51,702 bases of DNA from Vescimonas sp. (GTDB taxonomy: Bacteria; Bacillota; Clostridia; Oscillospirales; Oscillospiraceae). Positions 9,292 through 18,513 of the stretch are shown in pieces. The stretch spans positions 1 to 51,702 of the forward strand of contig JAZRRQ010000012.1 in assembly GCA_045650885.1 (NCBI GenBank), read 5' to 3'. A model generated the notes under the pieces. That model had not been told where the DNA came from. It was given only the letters and a program-made list of their open reading frames with translations, and ran no database searches. Every line of letters begins with the position of its first letter. Positions within the stretch are counted from its first letter, which is position 1. The position numbers and the translations under genes are program-made.

Positions 9292-10281
9292 ATGAAGAAA
9301 CTGACCAAAAGATTTTCCGTACTGCTGGCTCTGGTCATGCTGCTGAGCCTGGTGCTCACCGGCTGCGGCGGCGGCAAAGAGCGCATTCTCATCTATACCA
9401 GCGTTGAGGACTACGTCATTGAGGACATGAACGCCCGTCTGAGCGAAGTCTTCCCCGACTACGACATCACCGTGGAATATGTCTCCACCGGCAGCCACGC
9501 CGCCAAGCTTCTCACCGAGGGCCGCAACTCTGAGTGCGACATTACCTACGATCTGGAGTACGCCTATATGGAGCAGCTGGCACAGGCCGGCGTGCTGGCA
9601 GATCTGTCCGCCTATGACAGAAGCATCTACCTGCCCGACACCATTGCCAGCGACTACTATCTGGTGCAGTGCCGCGTGGGCGGTGCCGTGATCCTCAACA
9701 CCGAGGTGCTGCAGGAGAAGAACCTGCCCGAGCCCACCAGCTACGCCGACCTGCTCAAACCGGAATACAAGGGCCTCATTTCCATGGCCAACCCCAAGTC
9801 CTCCGGTACCGGTTATATGTTCTATAAGTCTCTGGCCAACGCCTGGGGCAAGGTCGAAGCCGCGAAATACTTTGATGCACTGACCCCCAATATCCTGCAG
9901 TACACCTCCTCCGGCTCCGGTCCCGTCAACGCCCTGCTGCAGAAGGAAGTGGCCATCGGCTTTGGCATGACGTCCCATGCCGTGACCCAGATCAATCAGG
10001 GCGCCAAGCTGAAGATCGTGTACTTTGAAGAGGGCTCTCCCTACACCATGTATGGCCAGTCCATGATCGCCGGCAAGGATCAGCGCGAGAGCGTCAAAGC
10101 CGTGTTCGACTTCCTGGTCAACACCTACAGCTACGAGCTTAACGAGAAGTTCTTCCCTGAGCAGATGTTCAAAGATAAGGTCTTCACCGTGGAAAACTAC
10201 CCTCAGAACATCATCTACAGCGACATGAGCAACAATACCATCGAAGAGAAGGAACAGCTCCTGGGTCTGTGGGCGCACTGA
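9292..10281 (+). CDS. ABC transporter substrate-binding lipoprotein (AfuA/PhnS-like)
   Basis: Lipobox LTGC; PTSYADLLKPEYKGLISMANPKSSGTG and YTSSGSGP motifs. Confidence 0.85.
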   Translation: MKKLTKRFSVLLALVMLLSLVLTGCGGGKERILIYTSVEDYVIEDMNARLSEVFPDYDITVEYVSTGSHAAKLLTEGRNSECDITYDLEYAYMEQLAQAGVLADLSAYDRSIYLPDTIASDYYLVQCRVGGAVILNTEVLQEKNLPEPTSYADLLKPEYKGLISMANPKSSGTGYMFYKSLANAWGKVEAAKYFDALTPNILQYTSSGSGPVNALLQKEVAIGFGMTSHAVTQINQGAKLKIVYFEEGSPYTMYGQSMIAGKDQRESVKAVFDFLVNTYSYELNEKFFPEQMFKDKVFTVENYPQNIIYSDMSNNTIEEKEQLLGLWAH

Positions 10282-10311
10282 TCCTCACACTTTCAACAAG
10301 AGGTACTCATC

Positions 10312-11088
<777 letters not shown>

Positions 11089-11090
11089 AC

Positions 11091-12686
11091 ATGGCAGGTA
11101 CGATGAAAAAACCAAGATATGAGCTGGGCAAGGCCGAATATACCAAGCTTCTGCTGGCACTGGTGTTTGTGGCCATGGTCTTCATTCCTCTGGTGCGCAT
11201 GTTCAGCTACATGGATATGGACAGCATCCGGCGTGTGGTGTCCTCCCCCGTCTTTGCTCAGGCGGTACTCCACTCTCTCGTCTCGGCTCTGCTGGGCACG
11301 GTGATCACCGTTGCCATCGCCTTTTTGCTGGCGCTATGTATTGAGCGCACCGGCATCCGTATGAAAGGCCTTTTTGCCATCATCTTCGTTCTGCCCATGC
11401 TGCTGCCCTCCATCTCCCATGGTATGGGTCTGGTGATCCTGCTGGGCAATAACGGCCTTCTGACCCGCCTGTTTGGTCTGCAGGGCAACATCTACGGTCT
11501 GCAGGGCATCATCATCGGCTCTGTGCTGTACGCCTTCCCCGTGGCCTACCTGATGCTGGCAGATGTGCTGCACTATGAGGACGGCTCGGCCTACGAGGCC
11601 GCCCGCGTGCTGGGTATCGGCAAGTTCCGCCAGTTCACCGCCATCATGCTGCCGTTCCTGCGCAAGCCCCTCATCAGCGTGGTGTTCGCCATCTTTACGC
11701 TGATCATCACCGACTACGGTGTCCCCCTGATGGTGGGCGGCAAGTACACCACCATTGCCACCGTCATGTATCAGGAAGTCATCGGCCAGCTGGATTTCGG
11801 TAAAGGCGCCGTCTATGGCACCGTGCTGCTGATTCCCGCCGTGATCGCCTTTGTCATCGATGTGCTGAACAAGGACCGCGGCAACTCCGGTTTTGTCACC
11901 AAGCGCTGCGCAGTTTCCCACAACAAGATCGTATGCGCCGCCTCCTACGGCTGGTGCACACTCATCTCCGCGCTGACACTGCTGCCTCTGGTGGCTTTCG
12001 TGGTCCTCGCCTTTACCACCGACTATCCCAACGACCTGACCTTCACTCTGGCCAATGTAGCCAAAACCTTCAAGCTGCGAGCCGGCGAGTATTATATCAA
12101 CTCCGTGCTGATTGCTGTGTGCACCGCCGTTCTGGGCGTGAGCGTTGCTTTCATGACGGCCTATCTCTCCGCCCGCATGAAGTCCAGACTCTCCCGCTTT
12201 CTGCACCTGTCTTCCATGACCTCCGCCGCCATCCCCGGCATGGTGTTGGGTCTGTCCTATGTGCTGGTCTTCAACAAGACCCCCATCTACGGAACCATTA
12301 TCGTATTGATTTTGGTGAATATGATGCACTTTATTGCCTCCCCCTACCTGATGATCTACAACTCCCTGTCCAAGATCAACGAGAATCTGGAGGGCGTGGC
12401 ACACACCATGGGTATCAAGCGCGCGCTGCTGATGCGCGATGTGCTGATCCCTCAGTGCAAGTACACACTGCTGGAAATGGGCTCCTATTTCTTCGTCAAC
12501 TGCATGATGACCATCTCCGCCGTGTCCTTCCTTGCCACCACCCGCAACAAGCCGGTGTCACTGATGATCAATCAGTTTGAAGCCCAGATGCAGCTGGAAT
12601 GTGCCGCTGTAATCTCCCTGATGATCCTGCTGACCAACCTCCTCGTCAAGGGTGTGGTACACATGCTGAAGAAAAAGCACAATTGA
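11091..12686 (+). CDS. ABC transporter permease with two fused domains (FbpB/PhnU-like)
   Basis: Two EAA-like loops (YEAARVLG, LEGVAHTMG), about 12 hydrophobic segments. Confidence 0.9.
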   Translation: MAGTMKKPRYELGKAEYTKLLLALVFVAMVFIPLVRMFSYMDMDSIRRVVSSPVFAQAVLHSLVSALLGTVITVAIAFLLALCIERTGIRMKGLFAIIFVLPMLLPSISHGMGLVILLGNNGLLTRLFGLQGNIYGLQGIIIGSVLYAFPVAYLMLADVLHYEDGSAYEAARVLGIGKFRQFTAIMLPFLRKPLISVVFAIFTLIITDYGVPLMVGGKYTTIATVMYQEVIGQLDFGKGAVYGTVLLIPAVIAFVIDVLNKDRGNSGFVTKRCAVSHNKIVCAASYGWCTLISALTLLPLVAFVVLAFTTDYPNDLTFTLANVAKTFKLRAGEYYINSVLIAVCTAVLGVSVAFMTAYLSARMKSRLSRFLHLSSMTSAAIPGMVLGLSYVLVFNKTPIYGTIIVLILVNMMHFIASPYLMIYNSLSKINENLEGVAHTMGIKRALLMRDVLIPQCKYTLLEMGSYFFVNCMMTISAVSFLATTRNKPVSLMINQFEAQMQLECAAVISLMILLTNLLVKGVVHMLKKKHN

Positions 12687-12700
12687 ATTTCCCGCAAATA

Positions 12701-12732
12701 AAAAGCGCTTCGCCGTAAGGCGGAGCGCTTTT
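12701..12732 (+). terminator. Intrinsic terminator
   Basis: AAAAGCGCTTCGCC-gtaa-GGCGGAGCGCTTTT. Confidence 0.85.
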
Positions 12733-12738
12733 GCCGTG

Positions 12739-12766
12739 ATAGGGACTTCCCCCGCCGTCATAAGAT
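12739..12766 (+). promoter_or_regulatory. Sigma-E/sigma-K-type promoter of sigK
   Basis: ATA, 17 nt, CATAAGAT, just upstream of RBS AAAGGAGG. Confidence 0.55.
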
Positions 12767-12787
12767 GGCCACAAAGGAGGGGTCTAT

Positions 12788-13422
12788 ATGATTTCAGCAG
12801 CACTGCTGCTACTTTCGCAAAGTCTGTTTTTCTCTTTACACCTGGCGGGCAATCCCGGCTCTTTTCCCCAGCCCCTGTCGGCCCGCGAGGAACAGGAGTG
12901 TCTGGACCGCTGGGCAGAGGGTGATCTGGCGGCCCGTAACCGGCTGGTGGAACACAATCTCCGTCTGGTGGCCCATATCATCAAGAAATACTACACGCAG
13001 GCCGACAATCAGGATGATCTCATCTCCATCGGTACCATCGGCCTCATCAAAGCCGTCAATACATTCCGCAGTGATAAGAACATCCGGCTGGCCACTTATG
13101 CGGCACGGTGCATTGAAAACGAGATCCTGATGTATTTTCGCGCCCAACGCAAGCTGCAAAGCGAGGTCTCCCTCTCCGACACCATTGAAACCGACGGCAG
13201 CGGCGACTCGCTGTATCTTCTGGACATCGTGGGAACGGATGACACCATGCTCTCAGACCTGCAGGATAAGGACAACTGCCTGAAAGTGCGCCGCGCCGTG
13301 CAGGAATGTCTGACCGATCGGGAAGCCGATATCATCCGCCGCCGCTACGGGCTGGACGGCTTTACGCCCCAAACCCAGCGGCAGGTGGCTAATCTCTACG
13401 GCATCAGTCGCAGTTATGTATC
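12788..13422 (+). CDS. sigK: Pro-sigma-K, 5' part, interrupted in region 4.2 (the integrated ORF runs on to a stop at 13444)
   Basis: Hydrophobic pro-sequence, SFPQPLS, LVEHNLRLVAHIIKKY, DDLISIGTIGLIKAV, RLATYAARCIENEILM, TQRQVANLYGISRSYVS, then non-homologous tail RRYCK*. Confidence 0.95.
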
Positions 13423-13441
13423 GCGCCGCCGTTATTGTAAA
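13415..13441. repeat. Left att site: core TATGTATC, 9 nt, arm TTATTGTAAA
   Basis: Arm 13432-13441 is the exact reverse complement of 18224-18233 and lies the same distance from its core. Confidence 0.85.
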
Positions 13442-13593
13442 TGACGAGAAAGTTCTGTAAATTCTTCCGAATACATGGGCTGCTTTTTGATATCATCCAG
13501 ACACAAGTACAACGGAATGAATCTTTTGGGCAACATATTTTCCGCAGTTTCAGCGCATTCTATCTTTCAAGACGAGACAAGGATGTGGAACGA

Positions 13594-15570
13594 TTGAAAA
13601 ATCATTTGTGTAACGAGACAAGCCCCTATTTGCTCCAGCACGCAGACAATCCCGTGGATTGGTATCCCTGGGGTGAGGAGGCGTTCCGAAAGGCACGGGA
13701 AGAGGATAAACCGATTTTCCTCAGCATCGGCTACAGCACCTGCCACTGGTGTCATGTGATGGCACACGAGAGCTTTGAGGATGCGGAGATCGCAGAGATT
13801 CTGAACCGGCACTTTATCTCCATCAAGGTGGACAAGGAAGAGCGGCCGGACGTTGACAGCATCTATATGGCGGTCTGTCAGGCCTTTACCGGAAGCGGCG
13901 GCTGGCCCACCAGTATCTTTATGACAGCAGATCAAAAACCCTTTTTTGCCGGCACCTATTTCCCTAACCGCGCCCGGGGCCGCATGATCGGCCTGCGGGA
14001 ACTGCTGAACCTCATCCACGAAAAGTGGAATAGCGAGCGCCGGCTCTTGCTTAATCAGGCAGAGAAAATTGTCGCACACTTGGAAAAGGACGCTGAGGCG
14101 GGAAACGCAGCTTCGGCAGTTGCGGAAAGGGAGCACCTGATCCCGTCGGCTGTCCAGCTCTATCGGCGCATTTACGACAGAGTATATGGCGGCTTTGGTG
14201 GGGCACCGAAATTCCCAACACCCCACAATCTTCTCTTTCTGCTGACCTGTTATGAAAGGCAGGGCGATGCGTCCTGTCTGGAAATGGCGGAGCATACCCT
14301 GCTTCAGATGTATCGCGGTGGCCTGTTTGACCACATCGGCTTTGGATTTTGTCGGTATTCCACAGACGAGCGGTTTCTGGCCCCTCATTTTGAGAAGATG
14401 CTGTACGACAACGCCCTCTTGATCCTGGCCTACTGCAAGGCGTATGAAGTGACTGGCAAACTGCTGTATCTGGAAGTGGCTGAGAAAACGCCCGCCTATA
14501 TTCTGCGGGAGATGACCGCTCCGGAAGGTGGATTTTACAGCGCTCAGGACGCCGACAGCGATGGAGAAGAAGGAAAATATTACCTCTTTGTCCCGGAGGA
14601 GCTCAAAAACCTGCTGGGGCAGCAGGAGGGCGAGGACTTTTGCCGTCACTTCGATATTACCGATGGCGGCAATTTCGAGGGGAAGAACATTCCCAATCTG
14701 CTCAAAAGCGATTACTGGGAAACGTGCAGCGATGAGGTTCTGGCGCGTGTCCTGCAATACCGCAGGGAGCGCAATTTCCTCCATCTGGACGATAAAATTC
14801 TGACGGCGTGGAACGGACTGATGATTGCGGCCATGTGCCGGCTGTACCAGAACAGCGGCAATCAGATATATTTGGATGCCGCCAGGCAGGCGGATTATTT
14901 TATTCAGAAGAATCTGTGTGACAAGACCGGATTGTATGTCAGCTATCGCGATGGAAGGCGGGGCGTGAAGGGATTTTTGAGCGACTATGCCGCTTATCTC
15001 TTTGCCCAGCTTGCCCTGTATGGCGCAACGCTGGAAAGTGGCTACCTGGCCCGGGCAGAGCAGCTCTGCCGGGAGGGGCAGGACAAGTTCCGGGACTCGA
15101 AAAACGGCGGCTTTTATCTCTACGGGACGGAAAATGAGTCTCTGATCCTGCGGCCCAAGGAAGACTATGACGGTGCGATCCCCAGCGGAAACTCTTTGAT
15201 GGCGTGGAATCTGGTGCGGCTGTCCCACCTTACCGGCGATGAGGCATACCGGCATCAGGCGGAAGAGCAACTGAATTTCCTCGGTGGGAAAGCAAGGCAA
15301 TATCCCATCGGCCACGGCATGTTCCTGCTGGCTCTTTTGGCGTATGAGATGCCTGCTGCAAAGGTGACAGTGGTGCCCGGAGAAGAGGAAACCATCGACA
15401 CGCTGCCCGTGAAGCTTCCGCCGGACACGGCCGTGACGCTTCTTCGTAAACCAACAGCGGAATACCCGCTGAAAGACGGGAAAACGACCTTTTATGTCTG
15501 TAAAGACCACAGCTGCCTGCCGCCGGTGAATGACTTAAGCAAGATCGTGAAGAATGTAAGAGGTGATTGA
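13594..15570 (+). CDS. yyaL: YyaL/SSP411-family thioredoxin-domain protein
   Basis: [67 protein letters not shown]; probable TTG start at 13594 (frame open from 13441). Confidence 0.9.
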   Translation: MKNHLCNETSPYLLQHADNPVDWYPWGEEAFRKAREEDKPIFLSIGYSTCHWCHVMAHESFEDAEIAEILNRHFISIKVDKEERPDVDSIYMAVCQAFTGSGGWPTSIFMTADQKPFFAGTYFPNRARGRMIGLRELLNLIHEKWNSERRLLLNQAEKIVAHLEKDAEAGNAASAVAEREHLIPSAVQLYRRIYDRVYGGFGGAPKFPTPHNLLFLLTCYERQGDASCLEMAEHTLLQMYRGGLFDHIGFGFCRYSTDERFLAPHFEKMLYDNALLILAYCKAYEVTGKLLYLEVAEKTPAYILREMTAPEGGFYSAQDADSDGEEGKYYLFVPEELKNLLGQQEGEDFCRHFDITDGGNFEGKNIPNLLKSDYWETCSDEVLARVLQYRRERNFLHLDDKILTAWNGLMIAAMCRLYQNSGNQIYLDAARQADYFIQKNLCDKTGLYVSYRDGRRGVKGFLSDYAAYLFAQLALYGATLESGYLARAEQLCREGQDKFRDSKNGGFYLYGTENESLILRPKEDYDGAIPSGNSLMAWNLVRLSHLTGDEAYRHQAEEQLNFLGGKARQYPIGHGMFLLALLAYEMPAAKVTVVPGEEETIDTLPVKLPPDTAVTLLRKPTAEYPLKDGKTTFYVCKDHSCLPPVNDLSKIVKNVRGD

Positions 15571-15572
15571 CA

Positions 15573-15833
15573 ATGGCAAAGAAAGGAATGGCACGGCCCG
15601 ACTGGACCCATACCGAACCCCGCAACGAGGTTTCTCCGGTTCCCAAAATTCAGGGTAAGGCCAAGAGCGGAAAGGAAAAGGCGAACCCCATTATTGCCGG
15701 AACAAGTGGTGCAGAGCAAAAAGTGTATCACACAGAAAAACCTATCTCCAAAGCGTACCGGGTCATGGACAACGATCTGGCCCGTGATAACGTGGAAAAC
15801 GACATCCCGGCTGCAGATCTGGAAGATATCTGA
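15573..15833 (+). CDS. Small hydrophilic hypothetical protein (86 aa)
   Basis: RBS GAGGTG, ATG 2 nt after the yyaL stop; basic N-terminus, acidic C-terminus. Confidence 0.7.
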   Translation: MAKKGMARPDWTHTEPRNEVSPVPKIQGKAKSGKEKANPIIAGTSGAEQKVYHTEKPISKAYRVMDNDLARDNVENDIPAADLEDI

Positions 15834-15885
15834 CGGCATCACCTCCCATCATCTTTTTGCGTAAGTTGATGGGAGGTGATTTTTT

Positions 15886-16332
15886 ATGGTTCGTTGTCCT
15901 GCTTGTCCCGATGCAGTTGCCCGGATCAAAGGTGGGGCGGATGCCCCGCACTTATGCGGCGAGGTGCGCTTCTATCAGGAGTGCGGAAATGTTCTGATCG
16001 TGGCGGACATCTCCGGAATGCCGACTTGCGGCGGAACGGGATTCTTTGCTCTGCACATTCATGAGGGCGGCTCCTGCGGCGGTGAAGGCTTTGCTCAGAC
16101 GGGAGGCCACTACAATCCGAAGGAAATGGCGCATCCCAATCATGCGGGGGATCTTCCTCCGCTGATGCGGTGCGGTGACCGCGCCTTTTTGGCGGTGCGA
16201 AGCAACCGCTTTTGTGTGCAGGAGATCATGGGAAAAACGGTGGTGATCCACGATGGTCCGGATGATTTCCGTTCACAGCCGGCGGGAAACGCGGGGATGA
16301 AAATTGCCTGCGGTGTAATATGCAAAAAATAA
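15886..16332 (+). CDS. Cu/Zn superoxide dismutase family protein without a signal peptide
   Basis: LHIHE, GGHYNP, HPNHAGDLP, VVIH, AGNAGMKIACGVI; RBS GGGAGGTG. Confidence 0.9.
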   Translation: MVRCPACPDAVARIKGGADAPHLCGEVRFYQECGNVLIVADISGMPTCGGTGFFALHIHEGGSCGGEGFAQTGGHYNPKEMAHPNHAGDLPPLMRCGDRAFLAVRSNRFCVQEIMGKTVVIHDGPDDFRSQPAGNAGMKIACGVICKK

Positions 16333-16364
16333 GCGGCACGCAGTCTGTGTTTCTAAAAATCAGA

Positions 16365-16390
16365 GATGAGCCATTGGCTCATCGCTTTTT
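16365..16390 (+). terminator. Terminator between cargo and recombination module
   Basis: GATGAGCC-att-GGCTCATC followed by GCTTTTT. Confidence 0.65.
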
Positions 16391-16402
16391 GCATGCCGCA
16401 TG

Positions 16403-16431
16403 GCAAATCACTTCAGGATTTTGCATAGTCT
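16403..16431 (+). promoter_or_regulatory. Sigma-E/sigma-K-type promoter upstream of the 46-aa ORF and recombinase
   Basis: GCAAAT, 15 nt, CATAGTCT, then AAAAGGAGG. Confidence 0.45.
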
Positions 16432-16456
16432 GTACCAGAGCAAAAGGAGGTGTGCC

Positions 16457-16597
16457 ATGAATACGCAGGAAGTGATGATCAACTGTTGTTATGCCCATGA
16501 CGGAACAGCCGTCCAGGATATTTTGAAGTCATCCTTTGCCGCCTTCCTCAAGCGGAAGATTGAAAATTTTGCACCCGGGGCATCCGGCCATGTATGA
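16457..16597 (+). CDS. 46-aa ORF directly upstream of the recombinase (candidate recombination directionality factor)
   Basis: Strong RBS AAAAGGAGG; MNTQEVMINCCYAHDGTAVQDILKSSFAAFLKRKIENF...; function inferred from position only. Confidence 0.6.
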   Translation: MNTQEVMINCCYAHDGTAVQDILKSSFAAFLKRKIENFAPGASGHV

Positions 16598-16636
16598 GCG
16601 CCATGATGAATGGCGGCTTATTTCAGGAGGACAACT

Positions 16637-18214
16637 ATGTACTTGGCAATCAGCAACCCCATGGATTACCATGTGGCGCTATACATCCGTTTATCAAAGG
16701 AGGATGAGACCGAAGGACCATCCCAAAGTGTAACCAACCAGAAATCCCTGCTCGATGAATTTGTTCGGCAACATTGTCTTTCCGTCTACGACACCTATAT
16801 CGATGACGGATGGAGCGGTACCAGTTTTGACCGCCCAGACTTTCAGCGCATGATCGGTGACATTGAAGCCAGGAAGGTCAACATGGTCATCACCAAGGAC
16901 CTGTCCCGGCTGGGCCGTGACTATATCATGACCGGTCATTATATGGAGCGCTACTTCCCTGAAAAGAACGTACGCTACATTTCCTTGCTGGACGGCATCG
17001 ACACCGGTGTGGAATCCAGTGCCAATGACATTACCCCGTTCCGTGCCATCATGAACGACATGTACGCCAAAGATATTTCCAAGAAGATCAAATCCGTCAA
17101 GCGGGATAAGCAGCGCAAGGGTCAGTTCATCGGCGGCAAGCCCATGTTTGGCTACAAGATGCACCCGACGGAGAAGAACCAAATCGTGGTGGACGAAGAA
17201 GCGGCTCAAATCGTACGACGGATCTTTGCCATGGCGCTAGAAGGTGTCAGCTGCCGCAAAATCGCCACGCAGCTTAACGAAGATCATGTGCCAACGCCTG
17301 CCACTTACGCAGGGTTGACGGTAGCCAATCCCGGCCCTTACACCGGTCTGTGGCGCAGTGAGCGCATTTCCGAGATGCTGCAAAACGAGACCTATATCGG
17401 CAACATGGTGCAGGGACGGTCAGTGAAAATCAGCTACAAGTCCCAAAAGTGTCTGCGGCAAGCGCGGGAGAACTGGGTGGTAGTGGAAAATACACACGAG
17501 CCTTTAATTGATGCCGACACCTTCCAAAAGGTGCAGGTGTTGCTCAGCAGCCGTAAGCGCACCAAGAGCCGCACCTATGACTTTCTGCTGCGTGGCCTGA
17601 TCTTCTGCCATGAGTGCGGTTATCCCATGGCGGTCATTAACCGCAAAAACGCAGCGGGGGAAGATCGACTGTTTCTGATCTGCCGTACCTATCAACGCTT
17701 TACCAATGCGGGGGTCTGCACCTGCCACTCCATCAAGGAAAAGACGGTGACCGATGCTGTTCTTGCCAAGGTGCGGGAGGTCTGCGAGTCCTATCTGAAT
17801 CCGGTGGAGCTGCTGCCCATGGCTGAGGCTGCGGTGTCCGAAGCGGATAAAGCAGCCAGCGCAGAAGCGAAGATCCAGTCCCTGCGTTCCAGACTCGACA
17901 GCCTGACCGTCAATCTGGATAAGGTATATATGGATAAACTCAGCGGCATTTTATCTGAGGCAGACTTCCTGCGCATCTATCCGAAGATCAAGGAGGACCG
18001 CGCACAACTGGAAGATCAATTGAAAACTTTGGAACAGGAAAAAGAGAACCCCGTCCCCCAAGAGGACAGGGCGAAGGAACTGGTACAGCGCTTTCTGGAA
18101 TCCGTTCCCACCAACCGGGAACTGCTATTCAGCCTCATCGAGCGAGTGGAACTGACCGAAGACAAACAAGTCCATATCAAATTCCGCTTCCGTAAACCGG
18201 AAGCAATTTCTTAA
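16637..18214 (+). CDS. Large serine recombinase (SpoIVCA/CisA-like)
   Basis: YIRLS catalytic Ser, DDGWSG, KDLSRLGRD, recombinase domain, zinc ribbon CHECG...C...C, coiled-coil tail; RBS CAGGAGG. Confidence 0.95.
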   Translation: MYLAISNPMDYHVALYIRLSKEDETEGPSQSVTNQKSLLDEFVRQHCLSVYDTYIDDGWSGTSFDRPDFQRMIGDIEARKVNMVITKDLSRLGRDYIMTGHYMERYFPEKNVRYISLLDGIDTGVESSANDITPFRAIMNDMYAKDISKKIKSVKRDKQRKGQFIGGKPMFGYKMHPTEKNQIVVDEEAAQIVRRIFAMALEGVSCRKIATQLNEDHVPTPATYAGLTVANPGPYTGLWRSERISEMLQNETYIGNMVQGRSVKISYKSQKCLRQARENWVVVENTHEPLIDADTFQKVQVLLSSRKRTKSRTYDFLLRGLIFCHECGYPMAVINRKNAAGEDRLFLICRTYQRFTNAGVCTCHSIKEKTVTDAVLAKVREVCESYLNPVELLPMAEAAVSEADKAASAEAKIQSLRSRLDSLTVNLDKVYMDKLSGILSEADFLRIYPKIKEDRAQLEDQLKTLEQEKENPVPQEDRAKELVQRFLESVPTNRELLFSLIERVELTEDKQVHIKFRFRKPEAIS

Positions 18215-18223
18215 GGCCAACCG

Positions 18224-18250
18224 TTTACAATAATCGAGTCGCTATGTATC
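18224..18250. repeat. Right att site: arm TTTACAATAA, 9 nt, core TATGTATC
   Basis: Mirror of the left site; starts 10 nt after the recombinase stop. Confidence 0.85.
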
Positions 18251-18305
18251 CCGTCTGGAGAAGCGGGCGCTGGAAAAGCTGGAGCATGCCATCGGCGAGA
18301 TCTGA
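18243..18305 (+). CDS. sigK: Sigma-K 3' fragment ([20 protein letters not shown])
   Basis: Matches the missing end of region 4.2 (consensus YVSRIEKxALxKL); not in the ORF track. Confidence 0.92.
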   Translation, partial: YVSRLEKRALEKLEHAIGEI

Positions 18306-18348
18306 ATGTTTTTCCTCGTGGCCGCATATTCTGCGGGCAGTTAATAAC

Positions 18349-18469
18349 ATGCCAAAAAGGAATGGGAAAACCTATGTTTTCCGGATCCGCCCTCCTGCAG
18401 ATCCCTTATCTCCTCTGGGTCACTTTTGCCGCCTATCTCAACTACGGCGTTTGGATGCTGAATCGGTAG
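18349..18469 (+). pseudogene. tspO: TspO/MBR-family remnant with a large internal deletion
   Basis: [26 protein letters not shown] is the typical last helix of TspO; a short [11 protein letters not shown] stub precedes it in another frame. Confidence 0.7.
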
Positions 18470-18471
18470 CA

Positions 18472-18508
18472 AAGAAACACCCGCGGACAACTCCGCGGGT
18501 GTTTCCTT
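18472..18508. terminator. Bidirectional terminator
   Basis: AAACACCCGCGGA-caac-TCCGCGGGTGTTT between convergent units. Confidence 0.85.
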
Positions 18509-18513
18509 GTTTA

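Larger units (their letters stand above)
13415..18250. mobile_element. sigK-intervening (skin-like) element; 4828-bp excisable unit
   Basis: Direct repeat TATGTATC at 13415-13422 and 18243-18250; large serine recombinase at the right end; excision restores an in-frame 229-aa SigK. Confidence 0.92.

Noticed and set aside
13406-13411. AGTCGC shared by both junctions (13406 and 18237) as an alternative crossover
   Set aside because: Crossover there would delete a conserved Ser codon of SRSYVSR and break the 9-nt arm symmetry; TATGTATC fits both constraints
13441-13593. YyaL N-terminal extension from ATG 13441 overlapping the att arm
   Set aside because: No RBS; family homology starts at about 13594
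13567-15510. 647-aa antisense ORF over yyaL, and similar long shadow ORFs (18244-20004, 36252-38312, 26437-27795, 23426-24787, 33719-35044, 5905-7161)
   Set aside because: They lie opposite well-supported genes, show no recognisable motifs, and are expected from strong GC3 codon bias
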